Made by a program: the position numbers and the translations under genes. From a virus (Duplodnaviria; Caudoviricetes): DNA of 40,989 bases. This document shows, one piece after another, positions 17,572 to 25,949 of the stretch. Numbering within the stretch: position 1 is the first letter of the stretch; every line of letters begins with the position of its first letter. Under the pieces are notes generated by a model. It saw only the letters and a program-made list of their open reading frames with translations, was not told the DNA's origin and did not search any database. The stretch lies in IMG/VR virus record IMGVR_UViG_3300032295_001980, positions 1-40,989 of that record; one strand, written 5' to 3'.

Positions 17572-17886
17572 ATGCCCGCCGTCAAGTCTATTCGCCTCGT
17601 CCCTTTCCAAGTCTCCTCTTCGGCGACGACGACGAGCCCCGCTATCGACCTCGATTACCGTTTCGACGGCACGCCGACCCGTACCTTCTTCGTCCAGAAG
17701 AGTGCCGCTGCCGGCCCGTCCATCTTCCTCGAAGCCGCACCAACCACTGCCGGCCCGTGGATCGCTTTCGCTGAAGTGACCGCCGCCGTTACCCAGGCTG
17801 TCGTTCCCTTCGATCTCGACGTTCCGTTCGTCCGCACCTCCTATGCTGGCGGCGGGCCGCTCGTCACCATCTACGGGGTGGTGTAA
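17572..17886 (+). CDS. Putative virion structural protein (small beta-sandwich)
   Basis: AGGAG RBS; position in the structural module. Confidence 0.65.
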   Translation: MPAVKSIRLVPFQVSSSATTTSPAIDLDYRFDGTPTRTFFVQKSAAAGPSIFLEAAPTTAGPWIAFAEVTAAVTQAVVPFDLDVPFVRTSYAGGGPLVTIYGVV

Positions 17887-17901
17887 CGGAAAGTAACGAC
17901 C

Positions 17902-18564
17902 GTGGCAACCAGCGGCACATCCAACTTCGACCCTACGTTCGATGATCTTTTGCAGGATGCTGCCGCGATGGTTGGCGGCGGGCCCGTCCTTGCTGACGAA
18001 CTGATCAGCGCCCGACGCGGCCTCGACTACATGCTGACGGACCTTCAGAACAAGAACGTCCTCCTGCACAAGATCGAGACCACCATCGTCCCGGTCTCCG
18101 CGTCTGTCTCCACTCTGACCTTTGACCAGACCATCTCCGACGTCCTCGTCGCCAGCATCCGTACCTCCACCACCGACATCCTCGTGGAGCGTGACGGCTA
18201 CGAACGTTGGGCCGAGATCCCCACCAAGTCCCAGTCTGGCCGCCCGACCCGCTACTGGTGGGATCGTCGCCGCGCCTCCAACGTGATGAACCTGTGGCCG
18301 GTCCCCGACCAGACCTACACGGTCGTCCTTACCATCCAGAAGAACGCCGAGTCCACGTTGCGCGCCTTTGACAATGTCGATGTGCCGCGTCGTTTCATGC
18401 CTGCCCTCGTCTACGGTCTCGCCTACTGGATCGGCCTGCGCCGTGGTACCCGCGTTGACGCCAATCGCCTGACGCTGCTGCGCCTTGAATACGACCGGGC
18501 CATCAAGGATGCCATGCGCGAGGACCGGGAACGGGGCAAGGTCTACATCAGGATTGGCCGCTGA
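17902..18564 (+). CDS. Head-tail adaptor-like protein
   Basis: MATSGT..F, SARR.L..ML, IP.K...GRP...W, LWPVPD, DVP.RF.PALV.GLAY. Confidence 0.7.
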   Translation: MATSGTSNFDPTFDDLLQDAAAMVGGGPVLADELISARRGLDYMLTDLQNKNVLLHKIETTIVPVSASVSTLTFDQTISDVLVASIRTSTTDILVERDGYERWAEIPTKSQSGRPTRYWWDRRRASNVMNLWPVPDQTYTVVLTIQKNAESTLRAFDNVDVPRRFMPALVYGLAYWIGLRRGTRVDANRLTLLRLEYDRAIKDAMREDRERGKVYIRIGR

Positions 18565-19217
18565 TGCCCTACACCTACACCACCCTCACCAACGACGTCA
18601 TCGCCAACATGGAGGAAGACTCGGCTGAGTTCGTCTCGGCCCTGCCCTCCATCATCGAGCGCGCCCAGTCCCACTTGCAGCGCCGCCTTGACCCCGTCAA
18701 CATCATCACCTTCACGGAAGTCTCGGTCAGCGCATCGACGCGCACCCTGACCCTGCCGTCCAACCTCCTTGTCCTCAAGTCCATCCAAGTGTGTGCGACG
18801 GGCGGCTGGAACAACCTTCTCGAACAGAACAACGAGTTCCTGACCGCGTACTGGCCGGACTACACGTCCTGCGCCCCCACCAAGTACTACGCGCCCAAGG
18901 ACAACACCTCCATCTTTCTGGCACCGACGCCCCACTCCGACACCACGGCGCTCATCGAGTACATCCCGCGTGTCAGTATCCTGAGTTCGTCCACCCCGAC
19001 CAACTACTTCTCGACCTACGCCGACACGGCTTTCTTCGCTGCCGCCATGCTGTACGCCAATGCGTGGACCAAGAACGCGGGCGGCGTCACGGTGTGGAAG
19101 GGCATCCTCGACGAAGAACTTGCGGTCCTGAACATCGAGTCCAGCCGGGCCCGCCGCTCCGATACCGTCAATCGTTATAACGGGTCGCCTGAGAACACCA
19201 TCGCGGGGCAGCCCTAA
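18564..19217 (+). CDS. Second adaptor-like tail protein
   Basis: TY..L...I, I..A...L.R, PTKYY, LAPTP, IEY. Confidence 0.6.
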   Translation: MPYTYTTLTNDVIANMEEDSAEFVSALPSIIERAQSHLQRRLDPVNIITFTEVSVSASTRTLTLPSNLLVLKSIQVCATGGWNNLLEQNNEFLTAYWPDYTSCAPTKYYAPKDNTSIFLAPTPHSDTTALIEYIPRVSILSSSTPTNYFSTYADTAFFAAAMLYANAWTKNAGGVTVWKGILDEELAVLNIESSRARRSDTVNRYNGSPENTIAGQP

Positions 19218-19435
19218 TGTCCGTCCTCGACATGTGGTCGGTCTGCGACAGATGCGGATTCGACTACAAGCGCCGAGACCTTCGCAAGGAGTCCACCAAG
19301 TTCGTAGTCTGTTACTCCTGCTTCGACGGCATCTTTGACAAGAAGAGCCACCCGCAGAACAGGTCGCCGAAGCCGCGCCGCGAACTCCAGCCCGTTCCCG
19401 ATGGGCGCCCTGACCAGACCAACTATGGTTCCTGA
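19217..19435 (+). CDS. CxxC...CxxC zinc-binding protein, copy 1
   Basis: CDRCG...VVCYSC.DG..D...HPQN...VPDGRP. Confidence 0.75.
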   Translation: MSVLDMWSVCDRCGFDYKRRDLRKESTKFVVCYSCFDGIFDKKSHPQNRSPKPRRELQPVPDGRPDQTNYGS

Positions 19436-19437
19436 TC

Positions 19438-19749
19438 ATGGCCCTGCAAGTCTGGTCGCTGTGCGATAGGTGCGGACAAAAGTACTATCGCAGGCAACTC
19501 AAGAAGGAATCCACAAACCTCGTCGTTTGCTCCTCTTGCTACGACGGCGCCTACGACCTTCGGAAGCACCCGCAGAACAGGCCGCCCCGGCCACGCCTAG
19601 AGTCCCGTAAGGTCCCTGACGGCCGCCCCCTTCAGAACCTCGACAACTATTTGGCGCAAGAGAACGACGCCTATCTCCTCACCGAAGACGGTTCCAACAT
19701 CCTCGTGACCGGGGTGGTCTGGACTCCTTCACAAAGCAGCCCGCTGTAG
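19438..19749 (+). CDS. CxxC...CxxC zinc-binding protein, copy 2 with acidic C-terminal extension
   Basis: Paralogue of the previous ORF plus YLAQENDAYLLTEDGSNIL. Confidence 0.75.
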   Translation: MALQVWSLCDRCGQKYYRRQLKKESTNLVVCSSCYDGAYDLRKHPQNRPPRPRLESRKVPDGRPLQNLDNYLAQENDAYLLTEDGSNILVTGVVWTPSQSSPL

Positions 19750-19759
19750 GGACCGTGTC

Positions 19760-20020
19760 ATGGACGTCAAACTTGTTTTCGATTTCGTCTCCACTTTCCT
19801 GTGGCCACTTCTGTTGGCTTACGGCGCCTATCTACAGCGGGAGATTTCGGCCGTGCATAAGAAAGCCGAACACCTTCAAGAGCTTCACCATGGCCACGTC
19901 GCCCAAGTCAACAAGGACTTCGCCACGCGCGAGGTTGTCTCCGATCTTGAAAACAAGCTCACAACTGTGCTAAATAGGATTGACGACAAAGTAACACGCA
20001 TCCTTGAGGAACGCAAGTAA
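19760..20020 (+). CDS. Small N-terminally membrane-anchored coiled-coil protein
   Basis: Hydrophobic aa 5-25 followed by L.RIDDKV..I. Confidence 0.65.
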   Translation: MDVKLVFDFVSTFLWPLLLAYGAYLQREISAVHKKAEHLQELHHGHVAQVNKDFATREVVSDLENKLTTVLNRIDDKVTRILEERK

Positions 20021-21021
20021 TGCCCTCGACATATGATCCGCTCCTTCGCCTCGAACTACAGGCGACCGGCGAGAACGCCACCACTTGGGGCGTCAAGACC
20101 AACACCAACCTCGACCTCCTCGCTGAGTCCATCGCGGGCGCCGTCAACCTCAACGTGGCCGGTTCCGGCGACTTCACCCTTTCGACGGCCAACGGCGCCG
20201 AAGACGAAGCACGCCAAGCCATCCTCGTCCTGACGGGCCTGTTGACGGGCAACCGCAACATCATTGTGCCGTCTTCGCCCAAGAACTACACCGTCATCAA
20301 CAACACGACCGGTGCCTTCACCGTCACTCTCAAGCAGTCCGCTGGCTCGGGCCTTACCATTCCGACGACCGGCCCGACCATCACGGTCTGCACCAGCACG
20401 ACTTGTGTCGACTCCATCGGTGCCACCCCCTACACCAAGACGCTCCTCGCCGCCACCAGCGTCGCTGCTGCCCAAACCACGCTGGAAGTGCCCCCGCCCA
20501 TTCCCGCTGGCGTCATCTGGGAATATGGTGGTACGACCGCTCCGTCGGGCTGGCTCCTCTGTAATGGTGATGCCGTCAGCCGCTCCACTTATGCCGCCCT
20601 CTTTGCTATCGTCGGCACCGCTTACGGTTCCGGCGACGGCGTAAACACCTTCAACTTGCCAGACCGCCGCGACCGCTTTGGTATTGGCGCCAGCGGCACT
20701 ATCGCACGCGGCTCGACCGGCGGCTCCTCCACCTCCGGCGGCACGGCCCTTACTACCGCCCAGCTTCCTTCGCACACCCACACCGGCACTACCTCGACTG
20801 CTGGTGAGCATAGCCACACGCTACCTAGAACTGAAGTTGAGGGCTCAGTACTTGCTCCTACTTATGCTGCTGACAGAACTACTGATTTTTCGGGGCCGTC
20901 AACCAGTTCTGCTGGCGCCCACAGCCACACCTTTACCACCGATGCAACGGGTAGCGGCCAGACACACACTCACTCGGTCACGCCGCCCTACGTCGCGTCC
21001 AACTACATCATCAAGACCTAA
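20020..21021 (+). CDS. Tail fibre with phage tail-collar domain
   Basis: STY...LEL..TGE...TWG..TNTNL anchor; P.G.I..YGG.TAPSGWLLCNG.AVSR.TYA.LF...GT.YG.GDG..TFNLPD collar; HxH motifs. Confidence 0.85.
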   Translation: MPSTYDPLLRLELQATGENATTWGVKTNTNLDLLAESIAGAVNLNVAGSGDFTLSTANGAEDEARQAILVLTGLLTGNRNIIVPSSPKNYTVINNTTGAFTVTLKQSAGSGLTIPTTGPTITVCTSTTCVDSIGATPYTKTLLAATSVAAAQTTLEVPPPIPAGVIWEYGGTTAPSGWLLCNGDAVSRSTYAALFAIVGTAYGSGDGVNTFNLPDRRDRFGIGASGTIARGSTGGSSTSGGTALTTAQLPSHTHTGTTSTAGEHSHTLPRTEVEGSVLAPTYAADRTTDFSGPSTSSAGAHSHTFTTDATGSGQTHTHSVTPPYVASNYIIKT

Positions 21022-21024
21022 TAC

Positions 21025-22881
21025 ATGTCGGTTACGCTCCAAGACCAGCAGCTAAGGGAACTGGAGTTCAAGGTCGGCGTCGTCAAGGAGAAGACCCAGC
21101 TTGACGCGGGCGGCTTCTGGACTGACGCCGACAAGGTGCGCTTCCGTTATGGGCGTCCCGAACTCATGGGCGGCTGGCAGCGTGCCATCGACGCCTCGCA
21201 GGACCCGAAAATCTTCGGTGTCCCCCGCTACCTGACGTCCGTCCGCAACCGTCTCGGCCAGGCTGCTGCCTTCATCGCCACGCACAACGGCCTGTTCTCC
21301 AGCGAACTGTCGACCTTCTACGACATCACGCCGGTCATGACGTCGGTCTCCTCCTCCAATGTCTTCTCGACCAGCGCCGGCTCTACCAAGGTCGTCGTCT
21401 CCGTTTCCAACCACGGCATGACGGACCAGACCCTCGTTGGCATCGTCTCTGCCAACACGACCATCGGCGGCAACATCATCATCAATCCAGTAGTCTCGAC
21501 CGAAGTCGTCTTTGAAGTCAGCATCATCGACACCAACAGCTTCTCCATCGACGTGGGCACCACGGCCGCCGCAACCTCCGCACTGACGGGCGGCCCTGCC
21601 ACCATCAGCATCCGCTACAACGCAGGCAACATCTCCACCATCCCCCGCTCTGGTTGGGGCACTGGCCCGTGGAGTGGTAACTTCGGTTGGAGTACGCCTT
21701 TCGGCACCGTCTCCGATCCGCTGCGCCTTTGGTCCGCTGACCTGTGGGGCACCAACATCATGGCTGTGCCGTCCGACGGCCCGCTCATGTACTGGGACAC
21801 CGACAACAACATCACCGACCGCGTGGTCATTGTTACGGCTGCGCCCTCCATCAACCAGATTGTGCGCGTTGCGTCCGAAGCCCGGCACGTCCTCCTCTAC
21901 GGCACCCACGACATCTCCGGCGACTACAGCCCGCTCCTGATCCGCTGGTGCAGCCAAGAAGACTTCACCGACTGGACGCCCACCGCGACCAACAATGCAG
22001 GCGACTACCCGCTGCCCAGCCGTGGCTCCGAAATCCGCTGCGTCTTTCGCATTGGCGACAAGACCGCCATCCTTACCGACAACGATATGTACATTCAAGC
22101 CTACATCGGCGGCAACGACGTCTTCGGCTTCACTGCTGTAGGCGAACAGTGCGGCATCATCGCTCGCAATGCGGCCATCGAATACAGCGGCACCCTCTAC
22201 TGGATGTCGCCGAGCGGTCAGTTCTTCCAGTACGACGGCCGCCTCCAGCCCCTCAACTGCACCGTGCTGCGCTTCGTATACGACAACCTTGACCCCCTGT
22301 ACGAGGACAAAATCTACGCGGCCAGCAACGCGACCTTCGACGAGATCATGTGGTTCTACACCTCGAAGGATTCGCCCAACGGCGAGAACGACCGCTACGT
22401 CATCTACAATACGCGCGAGAAGCATTGGACTATTGGCACCATGCCCCGCACCGTGTGGGAAGACGGCAACACCTTCCTGTATCCGTTGGCCATTGACGAC
22501 AACGCAGCCAACCTGTACTATCAGGAATCTGGCTATACTGCCGATAGCTCTGCCCTCGGCGCAAACCTCGAAGGCGCGTACTTCGACCAAGAGGGCGGCA
22601 ACTCCATCCTCTTCGTCAACAAGTTCGTGCCCGACTTCAGCAACCTCGCAGACAACACGCCCTACACCGGCACCCTGAATATTTCGCTTCTGGCACGCAA
22701 ATACCCTGGCGGCCCCGTCATCACCAAGGGTCCCTTCGCCGTGAGCGGCAACACCCAGAAAGTCTCGACCCGCCTGCGCGGCCGGGAACTGGCAATCCAA
22801 ATCCAGTCCTCCACCTCCTCCAACGTGCCGTGGCGTATGGGCCAGTTCCGCATGGCAATCGAGCCTGACGGCCTGCGATGA
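21025..22881 (+). CDS. Tail nozzle / packaged-DNA stabilisation-like protein
   Basis: W.DADKVRFR.G.PE..GGW, IRWC.QED...W.PT.TN.AG, F.EI.WFY, DRYV.YN and R....PDG.R; beta-propeller-like. Confidence 0.75.
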   Translation: MSVTLQDQQLRELEFKVGVVKEKTQLDAGGFWTDADKVRFRYGRPELMGGWQRAIDASQDPKIFGVPRYLTSVRNRLGQAAAFIATHNGLFSSELSTFYDITPVMTSVSSSNVFSTSAGSTKVVVSVSNHGMTDQTLVGIVSANTTIGGNIIINPVVSTEVVFEVSIIDTNSFSIDVGTTAAATSALTGGPATISIRYNAGNISTIPRSGWGTGPWSGNFGWSTPFGTVSDPLRLWSADLWGTNIMAVPSDGPLMYWDTDNNITDRVVIVTAAPSINQIVRVASEARHVLLYGTHDISGDYSPLLIRWCSQEDFTDWTPTATNNAGDYPLPSRGSEIRCVFRIGDKTAILTDNDMYIQAYIGGNDVFGFTAVGEQCGIIARNAAIEYSGTLYWMSPSGQFFQYDGRLQPLNCTVLRFVYDNLDPLYEDKIYAASNATFDEIMWFYTSKDSPNGENDRYVIYNTREKHWTIGTMPRTVWEDGNTFLYPLAIDDNAANLYYQESGYTADSSALGANLEGAYFDQEGGNSILFVNKFVPDFSNLADNTPYTGTLNISLLARKYPGGPVITKGPFAVSGNTQKVSTRLRGRELAIQIQSSTSSNVPWRMGQFRMAIEPDGLR

Positions 22882-23150
22882 CCCGCCGCATCTCCTCCCG
22901 CACCTTGCCCTCCCCGCCTTCCGAGTGGGACGCCTCCTCGCGCGAAGTCTGGAACCAACTCATCAAGGTCCTTGAGCAGAGCGACCTATTCGATTTGGGC
23001 CGCCGAACCCGCCCTCAGTTCATCATTCAGGGCACGGTCTCCGCGCCCCTGACCGTCGACATGCTGAACCCCTCGGTCACCGCCCTCACTAACGTCGTCG
23101 GCAAACTGCTTCTGGCCTTGCAAGCCAGCAACTTCGTCGACGTTCGCTAG
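22878..23150 (+). CDS. Hypothetical tail-associated protein
   Basis: ATGA overlap; LP.PP.EW pattern. Confidence 0.6.
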   Translation: MTRRISSRTLPSPPSEWDASSREVWNQLIKVLEQSDLFDLGRRTRPQFIIQGTVSAPLTVDMLNPSVTALTNVVGKLLLALQASNFVDVR

Positions 23151-23151
23151 G

Positions 23152-23180
23152 TTTACTTTCCTCGGCACCCATGTTATAAT
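23152..23180 (+). promoter_or_regulatory. sigma70-type promoter TTTACT-N17-TATAAT (extended -10)
   Basis: Intergenic, upstream of the internal-protein genes. Confidence 0.75.
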
Positions 23181-23200
23181 ACCTGCTAGAAGGCCGACCC

Positions 23201-23956
23201 ATGTCCGATTCCCTCGCCTCCTCTTTTTATTCCGCCTACCAAGGTTTCAATCCTCCGATTGAAGCTTCTGAGGACGCGACTCCTTCTTACATGCCTCGCG
23301 CGGAAATCACCTTCCCGGCCTTTGCTGCCCTGCCCGACATATACGACATACCCGCGCGCGACGAGCCGCTTCCCGACTCCCGTCCCGTCATGCCTGCGCA
23401 AGGCGCCCTTCCCGCCCTCGAAGCCCAAGCCGGCCAGCAAATGGATTCCCGTGCCGATAGCGGCAATCCGCTCGACGGTTATGGGCGCGCGCCTTTCATC
23501 GAAAACAACGACAGCAACAGCGTCTTCGACAGCGTCGGCAACATCTTCACGGACGGCGGCGACACTTCCGACTGGGCCGACGTCGGCTATACCGCTCTTC
23601 GCCTTTCCGGCATGCTGCCCTTCGCTGAAGGTGGCATGGTCGACAGCGAGCCCGAAGCGTTTGCGAAAGGCGGCCTCATCCCGCTCGAAGGCGGCGGCAA
23701 GGTGGCGATTGGTCCCGGCGGCGGCCTCGACGACCTGATCCCGACCTCCATCAACGGTCGCCGGGCTGCTGCCCTTTCGGACGGCGAGTTCGTCATTCCT
23801 GCCGACGTCGTCTCAATGATGGGCGACGGTTCCTCCAATGCTGGTGCGCGTCGCCTTTACGACCTCGTCAAGCAGGTCCGCGACAACAAGACCGGCACCA
23901 CTCGTCAGGCCGGGCCGCTGCCCGTCGGCGACATCCTGAAGCGGAGCCTAAGCTAA
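23201..23956 (+). CDS. Putative internal virion protein with FAxGG motifs and a GPG...D.IP...LSDGEFV domain
   Basis: FAEGGMV, FAKGGLI, GPGGGLDDLIP, ALSDGEFVIPADVVS..GDGSS.AGA..L. Confidence 0.7.
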   Translation: MSDSLASSFYSAYQGFNPPIEASEDATPSYMPRAEITFPAFAALPDIYDIPARDEPLPDSRPVMPAQGALPALEAQAGQQMDSRADSGNPLDGYGRAPFIENNDSNSVFDSVGNIFTDGGDTSDWADVGYTALRLSGMLPFAEGGMVDSEPEAFAKGGLIPLEGGGKVAIGPGGGLDDLIPTSINGRRAAALSDGEFVIPADVVSMMGDGSSNAGARRLYDLVKQVRDNKTGTTRQAGPLPVGDILKRSLS

Positions 23957-24990
23957 TGCCCATCGGCAAACTCCTCGGCCTAGGCTCTCAAAAGAGTTCG
24001 CGAACTGCAACGACCACTCCGATTGTCCCGGCAGAAGTTGAGGGTGCGCGCAGGGATCTTCTGAGCCGCGCTGGCGCCTTTGCTGCGCAGCCCTTCCAGC
24101 CGTACACTGCCCAGCGTTTCGCCGAGTTCACGCCTGACGAACTGGCTGGCTTCGGAGCTGCCCGTAACATTGCCGCGACCAGCGGTGCCCTTGCGCCCCT
24201 GACCAGCGAACTGGTTGGTGAAGGCGTTGCTGCCGCTCGCGGCCTTGCCACCCGCCTGCCCGATACCGACCTTACCGGCTACATGTCGCCCTACACGCAG
24301 GCCGTCCTCGACCCTGCTATCCGCGATATCGAAGAGCGGGCTGCCCGCGAACGCCTCCGTCTTGGCTCTCAATCGGCTAGGACTGGTTCCTTTGGCGGCT
24401 CCCGTCAAGCCATCGCCGAGTCCGAACTTGAGCGTGGCACCCAGCGCACCATCGGCGAAGAGTCTGCCAAGCAACGCCAGCAAGCCTACAACCAAGCCCT
24501 CGCCCAATTCCGCCTTGATCAGGAAAAGATTCCTGACCTGTACAGGGGCGCCCTCGCCAATGTCGGCACTGGCATTGCCCAAACGGCGGCTCGCCTCGGC
24601 ACCGAAGTCAACCCGCTCCTACAGACTGGCGGCGCACAACGCGCGCTTGAACAGGCCGGACTTGACTTTGATTATTCGCAATTCGAACAGGAACGCGACT
24701 TCCCGCTGCGCGGCATCGAAGTCCTCCGTGCCAGCCTCGGCCTGTCGCCTCAAGTTCTCGGCATCGGCTCCACCACCACCGAAAACCGTACCGAGCCTGG
24801 CCCCGACCTCATTAGCCGACTTGCCGGTACGGCCCTCGGCGCGGGTCTTGGCGGTCCTATCATGGGCGGCCTTTCCTCGCTTGGCACACTTGGCCTAAGC
24901 TTCCTCAGAGGCGGCACGGGTGGCGGTCCCGGTACTTTCCAGCCCCTTCCGCAAACCGGCGGCATCAGCCAGAATCCCTTCGGCTTCTAA
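23956..24990 (+). CDS. Putative DNA-ejection / internal virion protein
   Basis: PY...R.A.F, YMSPY...V, G.FGGSR.AI.E.E and a glycine-rich hydrophobic C-terminus. Confidence 0.7.
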   Translation: MPIGKLLGLGSQKSSRTATTTPIVPAEVEGARRDLLSRAGAFAAQPFQPYTAQRFAEFTPDELAGFGAARNIAATSGALAPLTSELVGEGVAAARGLATRLPDTDLTGYMSPYTQAVLDPAIRDIEERAARERLRLGSQSARTGSFGGSRQAIAESELERGTQRTIGEESAKQRQQAYNQALAQFRLDQEKIPDLYRGALANVGTGIAQTAARLGTEVNPLLQTGGAQRALEQAGLDFDYSQFEQERDFPLRGIEVLRASLGLSPQVLGIGSTTTENRTEPGPDLISRLAGTALGAGLGGPIMGGLSSLGTLGLSFLRGGTGGGPGTFQPLPQTGGISQNPFGF

Positions 24991-25004
24991 AGTAGGAAAC
25001 CGAC

Positions 25005-25946
25005 ATGGCCTTTACAATTGACCCCTCTTCGCTTGGACTAGACGGACTTCCCGCGCCCGAGCCTGCTGCGCGCCCGGCTCCTCCCGTTGTCGCCCCGACG
25101 CAGCCGACTACTCCGGCGGTCACGCCGAATGCTGCCAGTACTCCGGCTGCCGAACCGCGCCCTGCCACTCCCGCTCCTGCCGCTGCGGCGCCCGGTACCC
25201 GCGAAACCATCGAGGCGCTGCGCCAGCTTCTCGCCAACTTCCAAGCGCGCCCGCCCGCTTCGCCGGCACCCCGACAAGAGTCCCAGTCCGGCGGCCTGCT
25301 CGAAGCCCTGCGTCAGCGCGTTCAGACCCAGATGGCCGAAGAGGGCGACCAGCGCCTCCGCGAAATCGGCATTGGTATGCTCAGGTCGCGAAGCCCTAAC
25401 TTCTTTGAGAACTTGGGCGCGGGCCTAGCTGCCGCCGAAGAAGGCACTCGTAGCCGCACCGAACGCCTCCGTCAAGCGGCCGAATCCGAACGGCAGCAGC
25501 GCGCCCTCGACGTTGAAGAGGCCCGCCGTCAAGAAGAGCTTCGTCTCCGTGGCGAAGAACAAGCCTCTGCCGTGCCGCTCCGCGCTGCGCAGACACTGGC
25601 CGCTCTTGAGCAGGCCGGCTACTATCGCGCTGGCGGCCCGGGCCAAGGTCGCGGCACACTCACCCCGCAGGGTGTTCTGGGCATCGGCAATCGGGCGCGC
25701 GAATTTGCTTTGCGCGAAGTCCCCGAGCCCCGCGCTGGAACGCCGGAAGCAACAGCAGACACGCCTGAACTGGCACGTCAACGCCGCGAACGCCGTATGC
25801 AAATCGAGCGCACGTACATCCAGTCTCAGTACGCTTTGCTGGGAATGGAGCCTCCGGCAGCAGCGGCTGGTGGAGCTGGAACTGCCACGACGGGCGGTGG
25901 TGCGCAGCCGAGCCAGACGCTTCAGTATCCGCGCCCGCAGCAGTAA
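25005..25946 (+). CDS. Putative internal virion / ejection protein (lysine-free)
   Basis: Pro/Ala linker plus Arg/Glu helices; position in the ejection module; no Lys in 313 aa. Confidence 0.65.
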   Translation: MAFTIDPSSLGLDGLPAPEPAARPAPPVVAPTQPTTPAVTPNAASTPAAEPRPATPAPAAAAPGTRETIEALRQLLANFQARPPASPAPRQESQSGGLLEALRQRVQTQMAEEGDQRLREIGIGMLRSRSPNFFENLGAGLAAAEEGTRSRTERLRQAAESERQQRALDVEEARRQEELRLRGEEQASAVPLRAAQTLAALEQAGYYRAGGPGQGRGTLTPQGVLGIGNRAREFALREVPEPRAGTPEATADTPELARQRRERRMQIERTYIQSQYALLGMEPPAAAAGGAGTATTGGGAQPSQTLQYPRPQQ

Positions 25947-25949
25947 ACA

